Below are positions 7,206 to 17,152 of a stretch of 29,067 nucleotides of DNA, one piece after another. Made by a program: the position numbers and the translations under genes. The DNA comes from a virus. Position 1 is the first letter of the stretch. The number at the start of each line of letters is the position of its first letter. Location: positions 1 to 29,067 of the IMG/VR virus record IMGVR_UViG_3300010935_000101. The stretch is one strand, 5' to 3'. The notes under the pieces were generated by a model. The model ran no database searches, was not told where the DNA came from, and saw only the letters and a list, made by a program, of their open reading frames with translations.

Positions 7206-8384
7206 ATGACGTCAAATGAAAAACTAATCATACAACGAAACATTGAAGCACAAATCGATAAAGCACTCGTTGCTCCTATTTGTATTAGTGGACATCCTGG
7301 AACTGCAAAGTCAACCACAGTTGCATTACTCGCAAAAGAACTTAGTATGAATTTAGTAAGTTGTTCAGGCCCAACACTTTCGCATGAAGCTCTTTCGGGA
7401 CTACCAGATACAATTAATGCACATCAATTCAAAGCAAATTCAATTGATGGTAGTACTCCACAAGCAACTCAATGGTCAATACCAGAAATTATGGCCCAAG
7501 CAATAAGAGCTGCTGAAGATAAACCAACAGTACTATTAATTGATGACTTTCATATGGTGTCCCCACATCTACAGGCTTACTTTTATGGTCTTTTACTTGA
7601 GCGTAAACTTGGAAATTTCCGACTATCGGATAATACTGCAATTGTATTAACTATGAACGACTCTGACGCAGCAGGATTTACTGGAATAAACTCAGCTGTT
7701 CGTAACAGACTAGCAATTTTACAAGTCAAATTTGACTTTGACTATTGGTTGGAATCTTATGGTAATAGATTACACTATATGGTATCTTCATTTTTGAAAA
7801 CCAAGTCCCAGTATTGTATGGAAGAAGAAACTACTGGAATTGTTGGATATGCGACTGCCAGAGCCTGGACAGCAATCGCAGCTGAACTTGAGTACCATTC
7901 TGATGATTTTATTTTATCCCAAGCATCTACTATTGCTGGTATGCAAGTATCTTCAGAAGCGGCTAGAGCATTTCAAACACATGTTAATTACATCTCAGCA
8001 ATTGACTTTAGTAAAATAGTGAACAATCGAGAATTAATTAATCTGGCATCTAAAGACCCTCTTGATTCAATTATTTATTCGTATATAACTAATTTTATCA
8101 ACACAGTGGATCAAGGCAGGTATTTATTTGACTTAATGAACATCAACATCAAACAGGATTCATTTATTGGATTTGTACTTGGTGAATTGTACGTTAAGTA
8201 TACTAATCAAGATAGTAAACCTCTAACAGAGGGACTTCTGTTTGTTATTGATAGATTACTATCTAGTTCTATGGACATTACCAAGTACCCAAATACTTCC
8301 AAAGAAAAATTAACTAAAGCATTTGCTGAACCAATTAAGAACCTTGAACCTTTTATGCAACTTGCTTCGGAGTATTTGATTTAA
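7206..8384 (+). CDS. MoxR-like AAA+ ATPase
   Basis: Walker A GHPGTAKS, Walker B-like VLLIDDF, arginine-finger region AVRNR, sensor-2-like TARAW. Confidence 0.85.
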   Translation: MTSNEKLIIQRNIEAQIDKALVAPICISGHPGTAKSTTVALLAKELSMNLVSCSGPTLSHEALSGLPDTINAHQFKANSIDGSTPQATQWSIPEIMAQAIRAAEDKPTVLLIDDFHMVSPHLQAYFYGLLLERKLGNFRLSDNTAIVLTMNDSDAAGFTGINSAVRNRLAILQVKFDFDYWLESYGNRLHYMVSSFLKTKSQYCMEEETTGIVGYATARAWTAIAAELEYHSDDFILSQASTIAGMQVSSEAARAFQTHVNYISAIDFSKIVNNRELINLASKDPLDSIIYSYITNFINTVDQGRYLFDLMNINIKQDSFIGFVLGELYVKYTNQDSKPLTEGLLFVIDRLLSSSMDITKYPNTSKEKLTKAFAEPIKNLEPFMQLASEYLI

Positions 8385-8393
8385 GGATTCCTT

Positions 8394-8876
8394 ATGCCCA
8401 ATTATAATCTTGAACAAGTCTTACCCCTTGGAGTCTTAACCGGCTCCCAAGCATTTAATTGTGCTGGACCTGAATCTGATTGGGATATTGTAATACTTGA
8501 AAAGGATTTACCTGATTGCAAGAATGCTGGTAAATACAAATGTACAGATTTTCAGAATGATACCTTAGAAGATGGTATTACTGGAGGTAAGCCCGGATTT
8601 AATACATCTGAGTTTCCAGCACTTAATCAGGATTTTATTGAGTACGATCAAGTAACTATTTGGGGACCACTTACACAAATAATAAAATACTGGGATGACA
8701 ATGATATTTGTATCAATTTATTTGTTTATGAGGACCATTATGGTATAATATTGGATAAGTTTGTACAACTTAACAACTTAATGAATTTTATTCATAACAT
8801 AAAACTAAAAGACAAGAATTATAGAATTCAAGCATTCACTGAAATAATTGCTAAAGTTGGCATAACTGATGCCTAA
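8394..8876 (+). CDS. minimal nucleotidyltransferase (Pol-beta superfamily)
   Basis: hhTGSxA...SDWDIVI motif. Confidence 0.7.
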   Translation: MPNYNLEQVLPLGVLTGSQAFNCAGPESDWDIVILEKDLPDCKNAGKYKCTDFQNDTLEDGITGGKPGFNTSEFPALNQDFIEYDQVTIWGPLTQIIKYWDDNDICINLFVYEDHYGIILDKFVQLNNLMNFIHNIKLKDKNYRIQAFTEIIAKVGITDA

Positions 8877-8895
8877 TCTAATACAAAGGAAGTAA

Positions 8896-9102
8896 ATGGA
8901 AACCTTAAATAATGACTTTATTAGAGAAATATACTATAAAAGTTTAATTTTAATACACATTCCCATAAAATATGCACAAATTAACTTTACTCTTAAAATT
9001 ATGAGCAAAAATGGAGATGAAAATGGAAGTGGATATGGATACGGAAATGGAAGTGGAGATAGAGATGGAAGTGGAGGTGGAAGTGGAAATGGAAATACAT
9101 AA
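8896..9102 (+). CDS. small protein with a Gly-rich GxGxG repeat tail
   Basis: GSGYGYGNGSGDRDGSGGGSGNGN; SD present. Confidence 0.6.
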   Translation: METLNNDFIREIYYKSLILIHIPIKYAQINFTLKIMSKNGDENGSGYGYGNGSGDRDGSGGGSGNGNT

Positions 9103-9120
9103 ACAATTAAAAGGGTAAAT

Positions 9121-9429
9121 ATGCAAATAAACACTTATGGAACTGGAAAGTATGCTATTATAAGAACTTACTCAGCAGGAGTTTGGTTTGGTAAGGTTGA
9201 AAAAAAATCTGAAACTGAAATAATTTTATCAGACGCCAGAAGAATGTACTCATGGAAATGTCTAGACGACGGAATAACTCTTTCACATGTAGCTTTACAT
9301 GGAATTAATAAGAGCAGTAAGATACAGGCAGCTGTACCAAGTGTTTTATTACAATGGATAGAAATTATACCTGTTTCAGAAAATGCTAAGTTAACATTTG
9401 ATGCTCAACCCTATGCGAAATCAAATTAA
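9121..9429 (+). CDS. DUF6948-like phage protein
   Basis: IIRTYSAGVWFG...LSDARR..SW motif; family name is from memory. Confidence 0.65.
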   Translation: MQINTYGTGKYAIIRTYSAGVWFGKVEKKSETEIILSDARRMYSWKCLDDGITLSHVALHGINKSSKIQAAVPSVLLQWIEIIPVSENAKLTFDAQPYAKSN

Positions 9430-9439
9430 AGGATATATT

Positions 9440-10852
9440 ATGAACAAAAAAGAATTTATACATGACAGTAGCCACTTTATATTTAAAGAGGTTGCTAAGT
9501 CTGTAAATATGTTATGTGGATTAAGTAAAACATCATCTATGATTGCTAACTTATTCACTAACTTACCAGTAAAAGTTGAAGCGAGATTTATTGAATCTCA
9601 ACCTAACCCATCAAAGAAACTTAATGCATTGAATGAATTTGTGCATGCTTACATTAAGCACGACGATTCATCTACTGTATACATAGCTTTCTTTTACAAT
9701 TCTGACAATCAATTGAACAGAATTAGCAAAGCAATTCATAAACACCCAGAATTCTTCACTTACTTGTATATGCGTGAAGCACTGAAGCTTGTACGTCTTA
9801 TGAACACAAAGACTCACTATATAATGATGTCAGGAATTATCAAACACAATAACCCCGGAATTCCAGTTGAGTCTTATTATAGACTCAGTCAATCAGCATG
9901 TAATTACACAGTGAATAATACAATTCACGAATTGTTCGCCGGTTCTAAAATGGCAAACAAGCTTGACAAAATCCTGGAAGGACAACAGTACAAGTCAGCT
10001 TACAAAGATAAGTCGGAAATGGACGTATTGAAGGATTTACTTGTAATTAACCATAATGCAACTCCTACAATTACCAAACTGGACGAACAATTCAGCTATG
10101 ATGAATGGACTAATCTAGTATTCGATACTACTGATGGAGCAATTGAAAACAATGAATCAATCCAAACCGATTTAGGTGAATCTATAGCAACTCAACTTGC
10201 ATCTATGGCTCGTGGGTCCGGTTCAGCCTCAATTTTTGCTGAATTCTTTAAAGCAAAGAAAGTCAAAACGGGTTGGTTTAAAAAGTTAGCTGCAAAGTTT
10301 AGTTGTGAAGTATTCCATATGACAAACACATTCACTTCGGAATGGTCATCATTAAACATTACTTATCGTAAGAAGTTCAAAGCTCCTAATACAAAATATG
10401 AGGATAACAAATTATCAGTTGTGCTATCTGTAGATCATTCTGGCTCAGTCTCAACAGATGGATTGCAGAAGCTACTGTATCTATTTGAGAAGCACTCAAA
10501 GAAGATCACTCAATTGTTTGTACTAGTGCATGACACTGAAGTAGTTAAACAGTTTCAACTTGAGTCTAACTATGACATCAAATCGAACCCACAATTTGTG
10601 GAAGCACTTTCACATAGATTTGCAGTTGGTGGAACATCACACTTTGATGTATTCTCTAAGATTGATGCTATGCTCAAAGACAAAACAATAGATCCTAAAA
10701 AGACTATTTATATCTCTTTCTCGGACAACTATTCGGATATTCCCAATAGTTGGAAAGCTTTCCCAAGACTTAAGAAGTTATCAACAACTTTCTTGAGTCC
10801 AGTTAACAACCCAGTTAACTTACCAAATACTACAAATATCACAATGCAGTAG
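9440..10852 (+). CDS. vWA-domain protein (DUF2201-like), MoxR partner
   Basis: MIDAS motif VDHSGS, GGTS, FSD; ATG at 9440 after AAGGA. Confidence 0.8.
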   Translation: MNKKEFIHDSSHFIFKEVAKSVNMLCGLSKTSSMIANLFTNLPVKVEARFIESQPNPSKKLNALNEFVHAYIKHDDSSTVYIAFFYNSDNQLNRISKAIHKHPEFFTYLYMREALKLVRLMNTKTHYIMMSGIIKHNNPGIPVESYYRLSQSACNYTVNNTIHELFAGSKMANKLDKILEGQQYKSAYKDKSEMDVLKDLLVINHNATPTITKLDEQFSYDEWTNLVFDTTDGAIENNESIQTDLGESIATQLASMARGSGSASIFAEFFKAKKVKTGWFKKLAAKFSCEVFHMTNTFTSEWSSLNITYRKKFKAPNTKYEDNKLSVVLSVDHSGSVSTDGLQKLLYLFEKHSKKITQLFVLVHDTEVVKQFQLESNYDIKSNPQFVEALSHRFAVGGTSHFDVFSKIDAMLKDKTIDPKKTIYISFSDNYSDIPNSWKAFPRLKKLSTTFLSPVNNPVNLPNTTNITMQ

Positions 10853-10861
10853 TCTAAACTT

Positions 10862-10884
10862 AGCCCACTTTGGTGGGTTTTGTT
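10862..10884 (+). terminator. probable intrinsic terminator
   Basis: AGCCCAC-TTTG-GTGGGTT followed by a T-rich tail, directly after the vWA gene stop. Confidence 0.55.
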
Positions 10885-10914
10885 AAGATTAACTAAACAA
10901 TTTAAGGAACACCC

Positions 10915-11916
10915 ATGTATACAGTAAAACAAGTAGCAGCAGAAATTGACAAACTTAAACCCAACTTTAAAGAATTTATTGAACTTCTTAAAGATAACGA
11001 CAATAATCTAGAGTCTCATATTTTTAATACTTCAAATATATTCGAACGCTTATTCAAAGCTCAATTAGTGGCAATTACACATACAACACATAATCACTAC
11101 TATGGCAGAGGTGATTTATCAGATAAATTAAATCAATTCCTGATGGAAAATATAATAGATTCTCAAATTAGTAAACACCAATATGGATACAACACTCATA
11201 AACATATAATCACAAATTCATTTTTAGATAATCACATTGCAAAGTATGTAATTAATGTTAAACAATATCTAACACCGTATTTACGGAACAAGGTACGATC
11301 TAAAACAACCACTTTAGCAGAAAAGCAACTGCAACCTAACTTGATGTCTTTGAAGGCATTTGAAGCTTACCTAAAAACTCTTAAAAAAGACATTCCATCA
11401 ACAGTTGCAATTGGGTATTTCAAGCAATTAGAAGAAGCTTCTTTTAATGAATTAAGAGAACAATTTATAGATGCAATTTTTACTAAATGTACGCCTTCTA
11501 TATATCTTCAGAAGAAATTGTCTATATACTTTAATGATATCGTAACATTAACAACTCAAGAAGACAGTAAACTACACAAGTATATGACATTGAATAAATG
11601 CAGTATCAGATTCCTAGCGTATCGACTTAAAATACCTATATCAGAATCTGTACATAATGACAGAGATTCTGAATATAAACCCTTTATAACTAATATATCT
11701 CGCAAAGTTGACACAGATATGAAACAAGTTTCATATCTATTTGGAGCTTTGCTTGTATTAAAGACTTCTAGTGCAATTAAACCTAATCTAGTCTATGACT
11801 TTTTTGTAGAACAATTAACTGAACACTTGAGTCTACCAGAATACAAAACTGTATTGAATGAACTTAAGACTCATTACACAGCAGTGAGTAATGCATTTAA
11901 TACACTAACTATTTAG
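10915..11916 (+). CDS. hypothetical protein (helical)
   Basis: 333-aa ORF with SD. Confidence 0.75.
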   Translation: MYTVKQVAAEIDKLKPNFKEFIELLKDNDNNLESHIFNTSNIFERLFKAQLVAITHTTHNHYYGRGDLSDKLNQFLMENIIDSQISKHQYGYNTHKHIITNSFLDNHIAKYVINVKQYLTPYLRNKVRSKTTTLAEKQLQPNLMSLKAFEAYLKTLKKDIPSTVAIGYFKQLEEASFNELREQFIDAIFTKCTPSIYLQKKLSIYFNDIVTLTTQEDSKLHKYMTLNKCSIRFLAYRLKIPISESVHNDRDSEYKPFITNISRKVDTDMKQVSYLFGALLVLKTSSAIKPNLVYDFFVEQLTEHLSLPEYKTVLNELKTHYTAVSNAFNTLTI

Positions 11917-11924
11917 GAGCAATC

Positions 11925-12635
11925 ATGGATTTATTTAAATACACAGCCTTAGTCAAAGAACTTGAACTGTGTAAAACTGTTACCAGACTTGAGCAATTAG
12001 TGAGACAGTACGAGGATAGATCTCAATCCACAATTTTAGGAAGTTACAGTTCATATAAGTCAAGGTATACTACTGAACAAGAAATACTTATTTACAAACT
12101 TTACACTTTAGCTATTAAATTATTTACTAAGAAGTCAAAACGAATTTTACCTGACTTTATATATTGCAATCAACGTAGGACACAATCTAATTTTTTAAAC
12201 TGTATTCTAAAATGTACAACTACTAGTGTACTCGAAAAGAACAGTCCATTCAAACATGTCCCAACTTATGCACAATTAATGAAGTGGTTTGAGTTTGATA
12301 CTATTTTAAAACTACCCTATTCTGAAGTATACGTGGAACGGCTAAATTCAATTATTGGAGACAACCCAATTCATTTTGAAGTAGATTTCAACAATCAGTT
12401 AGCTCATTTCGATAGATGCTCAACAGTCTTTAAATCAGTAAAACAGGAACTCATCTATGCTATTAGACATAAGCAAGTTAACTTTCCGAATAAACCACAA
12501 ACTATTTGGGATTTGTATATGAAAAATATATTGGAACGACTTGGTGCACCAACTAACGAATCTAATGATGCCCAAATACTCAAACTTGAACAGCAAATAG
12601 AGGCAATTAAGGCAATAGGAAAATACCATGTCTAA
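11925..12635 (+). CDS. hypothetical protein
   Basis: 236-aa ORF with AGGAG SD; N-terminus similar to 16541..17152. Confidence 0.75.
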   Translation: MDLFKYTALVKELELCKTVTRLEQLVRQYEDRSQSTILGSYSSYKSRYTTEQEILIYKLYTLAIKLFTKKSKRILPDFIYCNQRRTQSNFLNCILKCTTTSVLEKNSPFKHVPTYAQLMKWFEFDTILKLPYSEVYVERLNSIIGDNPIHFEVDFNNQLAHFDRCSTVFKSVKQELIYAIRHKQVNFPNKPQTIWDLYMKNILERLGAPTNESNDAQILKLEQQIEAIKAIGKYHV

Positions 12636-13077
12636 CAGCGAATCACTACTACAAATTACAACAGTTGCTATGATTCGTGAGCTTTACCCGGACTTGGTGA
12701 TGAATCTATCCCTTAATGGGATTTCCCTTAATGGTTTATCAATTGCTCAACGAGCACAACTTATTGCTCAAGCAAAGAAGGAAGGCATGGAGACCGGAGT
12801 TCAAGATTTATCTATTTACTTACCTAATTCCCAAGTACTTAACCTGGAATTCAAACGTCCTAAAGGTGGTTCACAATCACCTGACCAAGTTATTATTGAA
12901 GACAAACTCAAAGCAATGGGACATAACTACCACTTAATTAGGGACTCTTACCAAGTATTTTTCCTAATTGCACAACTAACACCCACTTATTATCGCTTAG
13001 CAGCGTTCAGCCAATTGGATAAAGCAATAATTACCAAATTTGGTAATGATTTATTATTCAAACTTTACAATTTATAA
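12628..13077 (+). CDS. VRR-NUC family nuclease (possible Holliday junction resolvase)
   Basis: G...GVxDL...LEFK..KG.QS..Q......L...G motif. Confidence 0.8.
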   Translation: MSNSESLLQITTVAMIRELYPDLVMNLSLNGISLNGLSIAQRAQLIAQAKKEGMETGVQDLSIYLPNSQVLNLEFKRPKGGSQSPDQVIIEDKLKAMGHNYHLIRDSYQVFFLIAQLTPTYYRLAAFSQLDKAIITKFGNDLLFKLYNL

Positions 13078-13086
13078 GGAATTATT

Positions 13087-13266
13087 ATGTTAATAGGATT
13101 GTACCTTGGAATTGGATTTATTTTAAGTTTAACTTTATTGGATTTAAAAGACACCAACAACGCCCAAAAGTTGGGTGCTTTAGCAACTATTGTATGGATA
13201 ACATTATGTTGGCTTCCATTGGTATTACTTTTAGGCTACTTGGAACTTAGAAAAACATTTTTATAA
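13087..13266 (+). CDS. small 2-TM membrane protein (59 aa, not in the ORF track)
   Basis: AAGGA SD; MLIGLYLGIGFILSLTLL...LATIVWITLCWLPLVLLLGYL. Confidence 0.65.
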   Translation: MLIGLYLGIGFILSLTLLDLKDTNNAQKLGALATIVWITLCWLPLVLLLGYLELRKTFL

Positions 13267-13271
13267 ACAAA

Positions 13272-13496
13272 TCGTGCCCCTTGATTTGGGGCTAGTATGG
13301 TTGTTACACTCATATGAAGAAGCGGTTAATCACCGTACTAGAACACGAAACGAAGTATCGTCGGCAACTAGATGCCGTTAATTTCATACCATGAGGTGCG
13401 CCTTTGAACGGACTTGGATTATCTAGCGGAACTACCTATTACAAGCAATCAATTGATGGTAGGTATATACCAAATGTGCCTACTAGTGAATTGATT
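13272..13496 (+). ncRNA. structured intergenic RNA or regulatory leader
   Basis: three-way junction at 13272-13348 plus hairpins at 13362-77 and 13447-96. Confidence 0.45.
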
Positions 13497-13510
13497 AACA
13501 AAGGAACTTT

Positions 13511-13642
13511 ATGCATACTTATTTAATTACATTTCCACACATATTTGCACATGCCCGATTCAAAGAGAATCTAGGGAAGTATTTTTTAAATGAGTTCAGC
13601 ACTAATATAATCACATACAACATTATAGAGGAAACAATATGA
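13511..13642 (+). CDS. small hypothetical protein (43 aa)
   Basis: AAGGA SD; ATGA overlap with the next gene. Confidence 0.5.
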   Translation: MHTYLITFPHIFAHARFKENLGKYFLNEFSTNIITYNIIEETI

Positions 13643-14127
13643 AAAAATTTGCTAATAATGGACAAGTAATTAAAGCTTACATAGATCAATCATATGAATT
13701 TGTAAGTAATTATAGAAACTCTTTATGGTTCAAGGGAACTGAGCTGTACTCATATGATTCTTTATTAGCAATTATTGATGTACCAAACAGTGTGCTATTA
13801 ATTGACAGTGCTATTAAAAATTACTCAAATACCACAGCTAAACAGACTTATGCATTATTAGAACAGTCAGGTAGTTTCACCCTGTATATAATACCATTAA
13901 AAACTAAACCTAACAAAGTACTAGAATATTATTGGAATCGCATTGAAATGACCATTGCCAAATTTAACCGAGCTTATAAACATAAGGATTATTACAAAAC
14001 TTGCATTAAGCAATTACTTGACGAAATAGAATCTTATGCATCTTATGTTGGAATTGATAAACGAAGTAAAGCTTATCAATTTAAACACCAAATTATTCAA
14101 AAATTATTTAAACACCAAATATTATAA
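13639..14127 (+). CDS. hypothetical phage protein
   Basis: GAGG SD; LYSY...YSxTTxK motif seen in phage hypotheticals. Confidence 0.75.
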   Translation: MKKFANNGQVIKAYIDQSYEFVSNYRNSLWFKGTELYSYDSLLAIIDVPNSVLLIDSAIKNYSNTTAKQTYALLEQSGSFTLYIIPLKTKPNKVLEYYWNRIEMTIAKFNRAYKHKDYYKTCIKQLLDEIESYASYVGIDKRSKAYQFKHQIIQKLFKHQIL

Positions 14128-14137
14128 AGGAGCCACT

Positions 14138-14320
14138 ATGGGTACATTTACATGTGAAGTTTGTCAGCAAGAGTTAGCTCTTGAAGAACAAGCATTCATA
14201 TTGGAGGGAGCTTGTCACCAATGCGAACTTGAGGAACTAGGATTTCAATGTTACCCTTGTGGTAGTCAATTCAATGCAGATAAACAAGGCAGTTGTAATG
14301 ACATCTGTGAAGAAAACTAA
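14138..14320 (+). CDS. small Cys-rich (zinc-binding) protein
   Basis: AAGGAG SD; CEVC, CHQC, CYPC, CNDIC. Confidence 0.65.
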   Translation: MGTFTCEVCQQELALEEQAFILEGACHQCELEELGFQCYPCGSQFNADKQGSCNDICEEN

Positions 14321-14322
14321 TT

Positions 14323-14610
14323 ATGGTAGAACCACTTAATGATTTAAGTAAGTTAATCGGACTTAAACGTAGAATTGAATTTTTACGCCATTCAATTTCT
14401 GAAGCAGAACTAATTCATGATATTGAACAGAAACTAACTGCATTTTGTGGATTTCAATGTACATTTAGTTTTTATTATAAGACTTGGAAGTACTCTATTA
14501 GAGTTTCAATACCAGATACCAACTCTTCAGATTCAAGAGAACCTCTTAGCAATAATAGACTTACAGCCCTTTATACATCTATAGAGACATTGATTAAAGG
14601 AATTTATTAG
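14323..14610 (+). CDS. hypothetical protein
   Basis: 95-aa ORF in operon context. Confidence 0.65.
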   Translation: MVEPLNDLSKLIGLKRRIEFLRHSISEAELIHDIEQKLTAFCGFQCTFSFYYKTWKYSIRVSIPDTNSSDSREPLSNNRLTALYTSIETLIKGIY

Positions 14611-14713
14611 AATAACTGAAAAACAACAAATACCAGGACAATTGTGTATTGACCAAATCAAAACATATTGAATTTATTTACGAAGTATTTGAACGACTTA
14701 ATGAGGATCACAC

Positions 14714-16537
14714 ATGCAACAAAGAGGATACCAAACCACAGCAATCAATGATATCAAGGTTAATAAAACTAATCTTTTAATATTGCCAATGCGTTCAGGA
14801 AAGAGCGCAATCATGAAGTTTGCTATTGATAAATATCAGTTTAACAGAGTGCTAATTATTGTTGGGTATCGAAAGATTGTTAAGCAACTTTCATCTTACT
14901 ACCCAACTGAGTTCACTTACATATTAGCTGGGGAGCCCTTTGATCACACTAAGCAAATTCATATTGCAACTCACCAGACATTTAATAATCGTGATATTGA
15001 CATAAACGAGTATGATTGCATAATTATTGATGAATTTCATTCTCGTATGTCAGCAGCAGTCTATGCATTACTGGACAACCACGCTACTCATTTGTTATTT
15101 ACTGGAACACCATTAACTAATAAGAATAAACTAATTACTAAGGGCATTGACCATTCAATCCAACCAGTTACTATTAAGGAACTCTTGGAATTGAGCTATT
15201 TAGCACCTACTCAATTTTTGTCCAACTCAGATATTATTGGGGAACATGCAAGTGAACTTATAACATCCAAGCAGGATTTTGACCAGTCAATTGTACGCCA
15301 ACTTATTAAGACTGAGGACTTACTTGGGAATATTAGGAAGCTTATTATTGATCAGCAATTAGACACCAAGCATAACACAGTGATTTATGTGAACTATATA
15401 GAAACTGCTGAGCAATTAGCTGCTTTATTAGCTGACCTGAATAACGTACAACTTGTGCATTCTAAGCTAACTGACAAACAGCAGGCTCAAGCACTTATTA
15501 ATTACGAATCCGGACCAGGCATTCTAATTAATGTTCGCGCACTTTCACTCGGCTGGGATTCGCCACGAACTGATTGCTTGATTTATGGGTTCTTTACGAA
15601 GATCCATTCATTAGCGCTACAAATCCTTTGGCGAGCATCAACTATTAACCCAACTAATCCTAACAAAGTAGCATATGTTTATGATATGACTGGACAGCTT
15701 CGTTTTGTGAATCCTTACACTGACTTTTCATCATACTCCAAGAAGCAATCCTGTAAAGACCAATGTCTAGCGCAGTATGGGCATGACCCATTACAGCTCT
15801 ACTTTTGTATGGAAGCCTGTAAAGGTGAGCCAATTGTAGTAACTTGTGATGGTAAACAACCATTTCACCATTTGGAGAATCCATTTGTATCTAATTACCG
15901 AGTTGTGGAAGGCACTCCTTGTAAGGAAGCTCACCCATCTTGGGAATTTAAATACAAGTCTGTTGACGCTGGACTTGGATTAGTTACCAAGTACCAGAAG
16001 TGCCCTTGTGGATGCGTTACTGGTTATGATGTGAAGACATTACACCAACCATCTGATATGATTCCAGTGTACAATGAAAATGCAATACTTAATACAGTAA
16101 CTGTGCTATTCTCTAAGGAACGTATGAAGGCTTTAGCATTGTTTGACGATGTATCCAAGCCAAAGTACAAGATTGTTCAATTTGACTCTTCTGAGCTCTT
16201 ATATACGGAAGCCTGTAAGTTTTTTGGATCTAAACCATTTCAAATTCTTAGTAGTGCTAAATTACCAAAATTGCCCAATGTTAGTGTGAATAACCAGCTT
16301 AATGCTGTTTTACCACTTATCAACTGGGATACCCCAAATTCTGGGTTTATTAAGAAACTTATCAAACACAAACTTGAACACATTTGCAATTGGCTAGGGA
16401 TTAAACCCGGAATGGTGTATTACCTCGGTAAACACATTATGCCACATAATGAAAAACAAATTTTACAAGACATTAGCAGAAACTCATTTGATAGACACGA
16501 ATTTATCAAGTACTGCAAAAAACTACAAGAGGATTAA
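14714..16537 (+). CDS. superfamily 2 (DExH) helicase with a Cys-rich C-terminal region
   Basis: Q motif RGYQ, LPMRSGKS, DEFH, TGT, LSLGWD. Confidence 0.88.
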   Translation: MQQRGYQTTAINDIKVNKTNLLILPMRSGKSAIMKFAIDKYQFNRVLIIVGYRKIVKQLSSYYPTEFTYILAGEPFDHTKQIHIATHQTFNNRDIDINEYDCIIIDEFHSRMSAAVYALLDNHATHLLFTGTPLTNKNKLITKGIDHSIQPVTIKELLELSYLAPTQFLSNSDIIGEHASELITSKQDFDQSIVRQLIKTEDLLGNIRKLIIDQQLDTKHNTVIYVNYIETAEQLAALLADLNNVQLVHSKLTDKQQAQALINYESGPGILINVRALSLGWDSPRTDCLIYGFFTKIHSLALQILWRASTINPTNPNKVAYVYDMTGQLRFVNPYTDFSSYSKKQSCKDQCLAQYGHDPLQLYFCMEACKGEPIVVTCDGKQPFHHLENPFVSNYRVVEGTPCKEAHPSWEFKYKSVDAGLGLVTKYQKCPCGCVTGYDVKTLHQPSDMIPVYNENAILNTVTVLFSKERMKALALFDDVSKPKYKIVQFDSSELLYTEACKFFGSKPFQILSSAKLPKLPNVSVNNQLNAVLPLINWDTPNSGFIKKLIKHKLEHICNWLGIKPGMVYYLGKHIMPHNEKQILQDISRNSFDRHEFIKYCKKLQED

Positions 16538-16540
16538 TTA

Positions 16541-17152
16541 ATGAACGAAACAATCGACTTTTTCAAGTACAAAGGATTATTAGCTGAACTTGAATCAATT
16601 AAGGGCAAGAAGAAACCTGTACATGATTTTATCAAGAAATTATATAAGTTATTTGACGAATTTTATTTAAGTCCCAGCTGTAACCAAGAAACGGAACAAA
16701 CTGCACGATACATTTTTATGTTAGTTACCAAGGCCATAACTTATGACGGTTCTATTAATACAGTTAATAGTAAAATAATATGGAATTTAAAAAACTTAGC
16801 CAATCAGTTAACTAATTGTTCAATTTTAACTGCTGAGAATGTTTTAGAAACTTATGAACATTACCCTGACTGTATTGATTTTAGATCATTCAGTATTGAA
16901 GATTTATTAAAACACGATAAATTAATTGACAAATTAGGAACTAAAAGAACATATATGTCTTACTATAGTATAAAAGAGACTAAGTCTATATCCAAGGAGA
17001 AAGAAATTATCAAATTAGTCCTTTTAAGAAACAACCCTAAAAGTTTACTAGGAAATTCAATACTGAGTAATAGGACTCATGTAGAAGAGGCTTTGAAAGA
17101 AGTTCAAGACATAGTAAACGTACTACAACCAATTTTAAAGGAAACAAAATGA
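16541..17152 (+). CDS. hypothetical protein
   Basis: 203-aa ORF with GAGG SD. Confidence 0.75.
   Translation: MNETIDFFKYKGLLAELESIKGKKKPVHDFIKKLYKLFDEFYLSPSCNQETEQTARYIFMLVTKAITYDGSINTVNSKIIWNLKNLANQLTNCSILTAENVLETYEHYPDCIDFRSFSIEDLLKHDKLIDKLGTKRTYMSYYSIKETKSISKEKEIIKLVLLRNNPKSLLGNSILSNRTHVEEALKEVQDIVNVLQPILKETK

Noticed and set aside
9010-9100. GGAAGT/GGAAAT tandem repeats
   Set aside because: Explained by the Gly-x coding repeat, which is common in phage ORFs
4920-10852. Y RNA / Ro60 system
   Set aside because: The vWA protein looks like a MoxR partner with no recognisable TROVE domain, and no clear Ro-binding stem is visible
13310-13355. Hammerhead ribozyme (CGAAAC present)
   Set aside because: The required CTGANGA core is absent
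14606-14713. Possible decayed small ORF before the helicase
   Set aside because: No ATG start, short and unsupported
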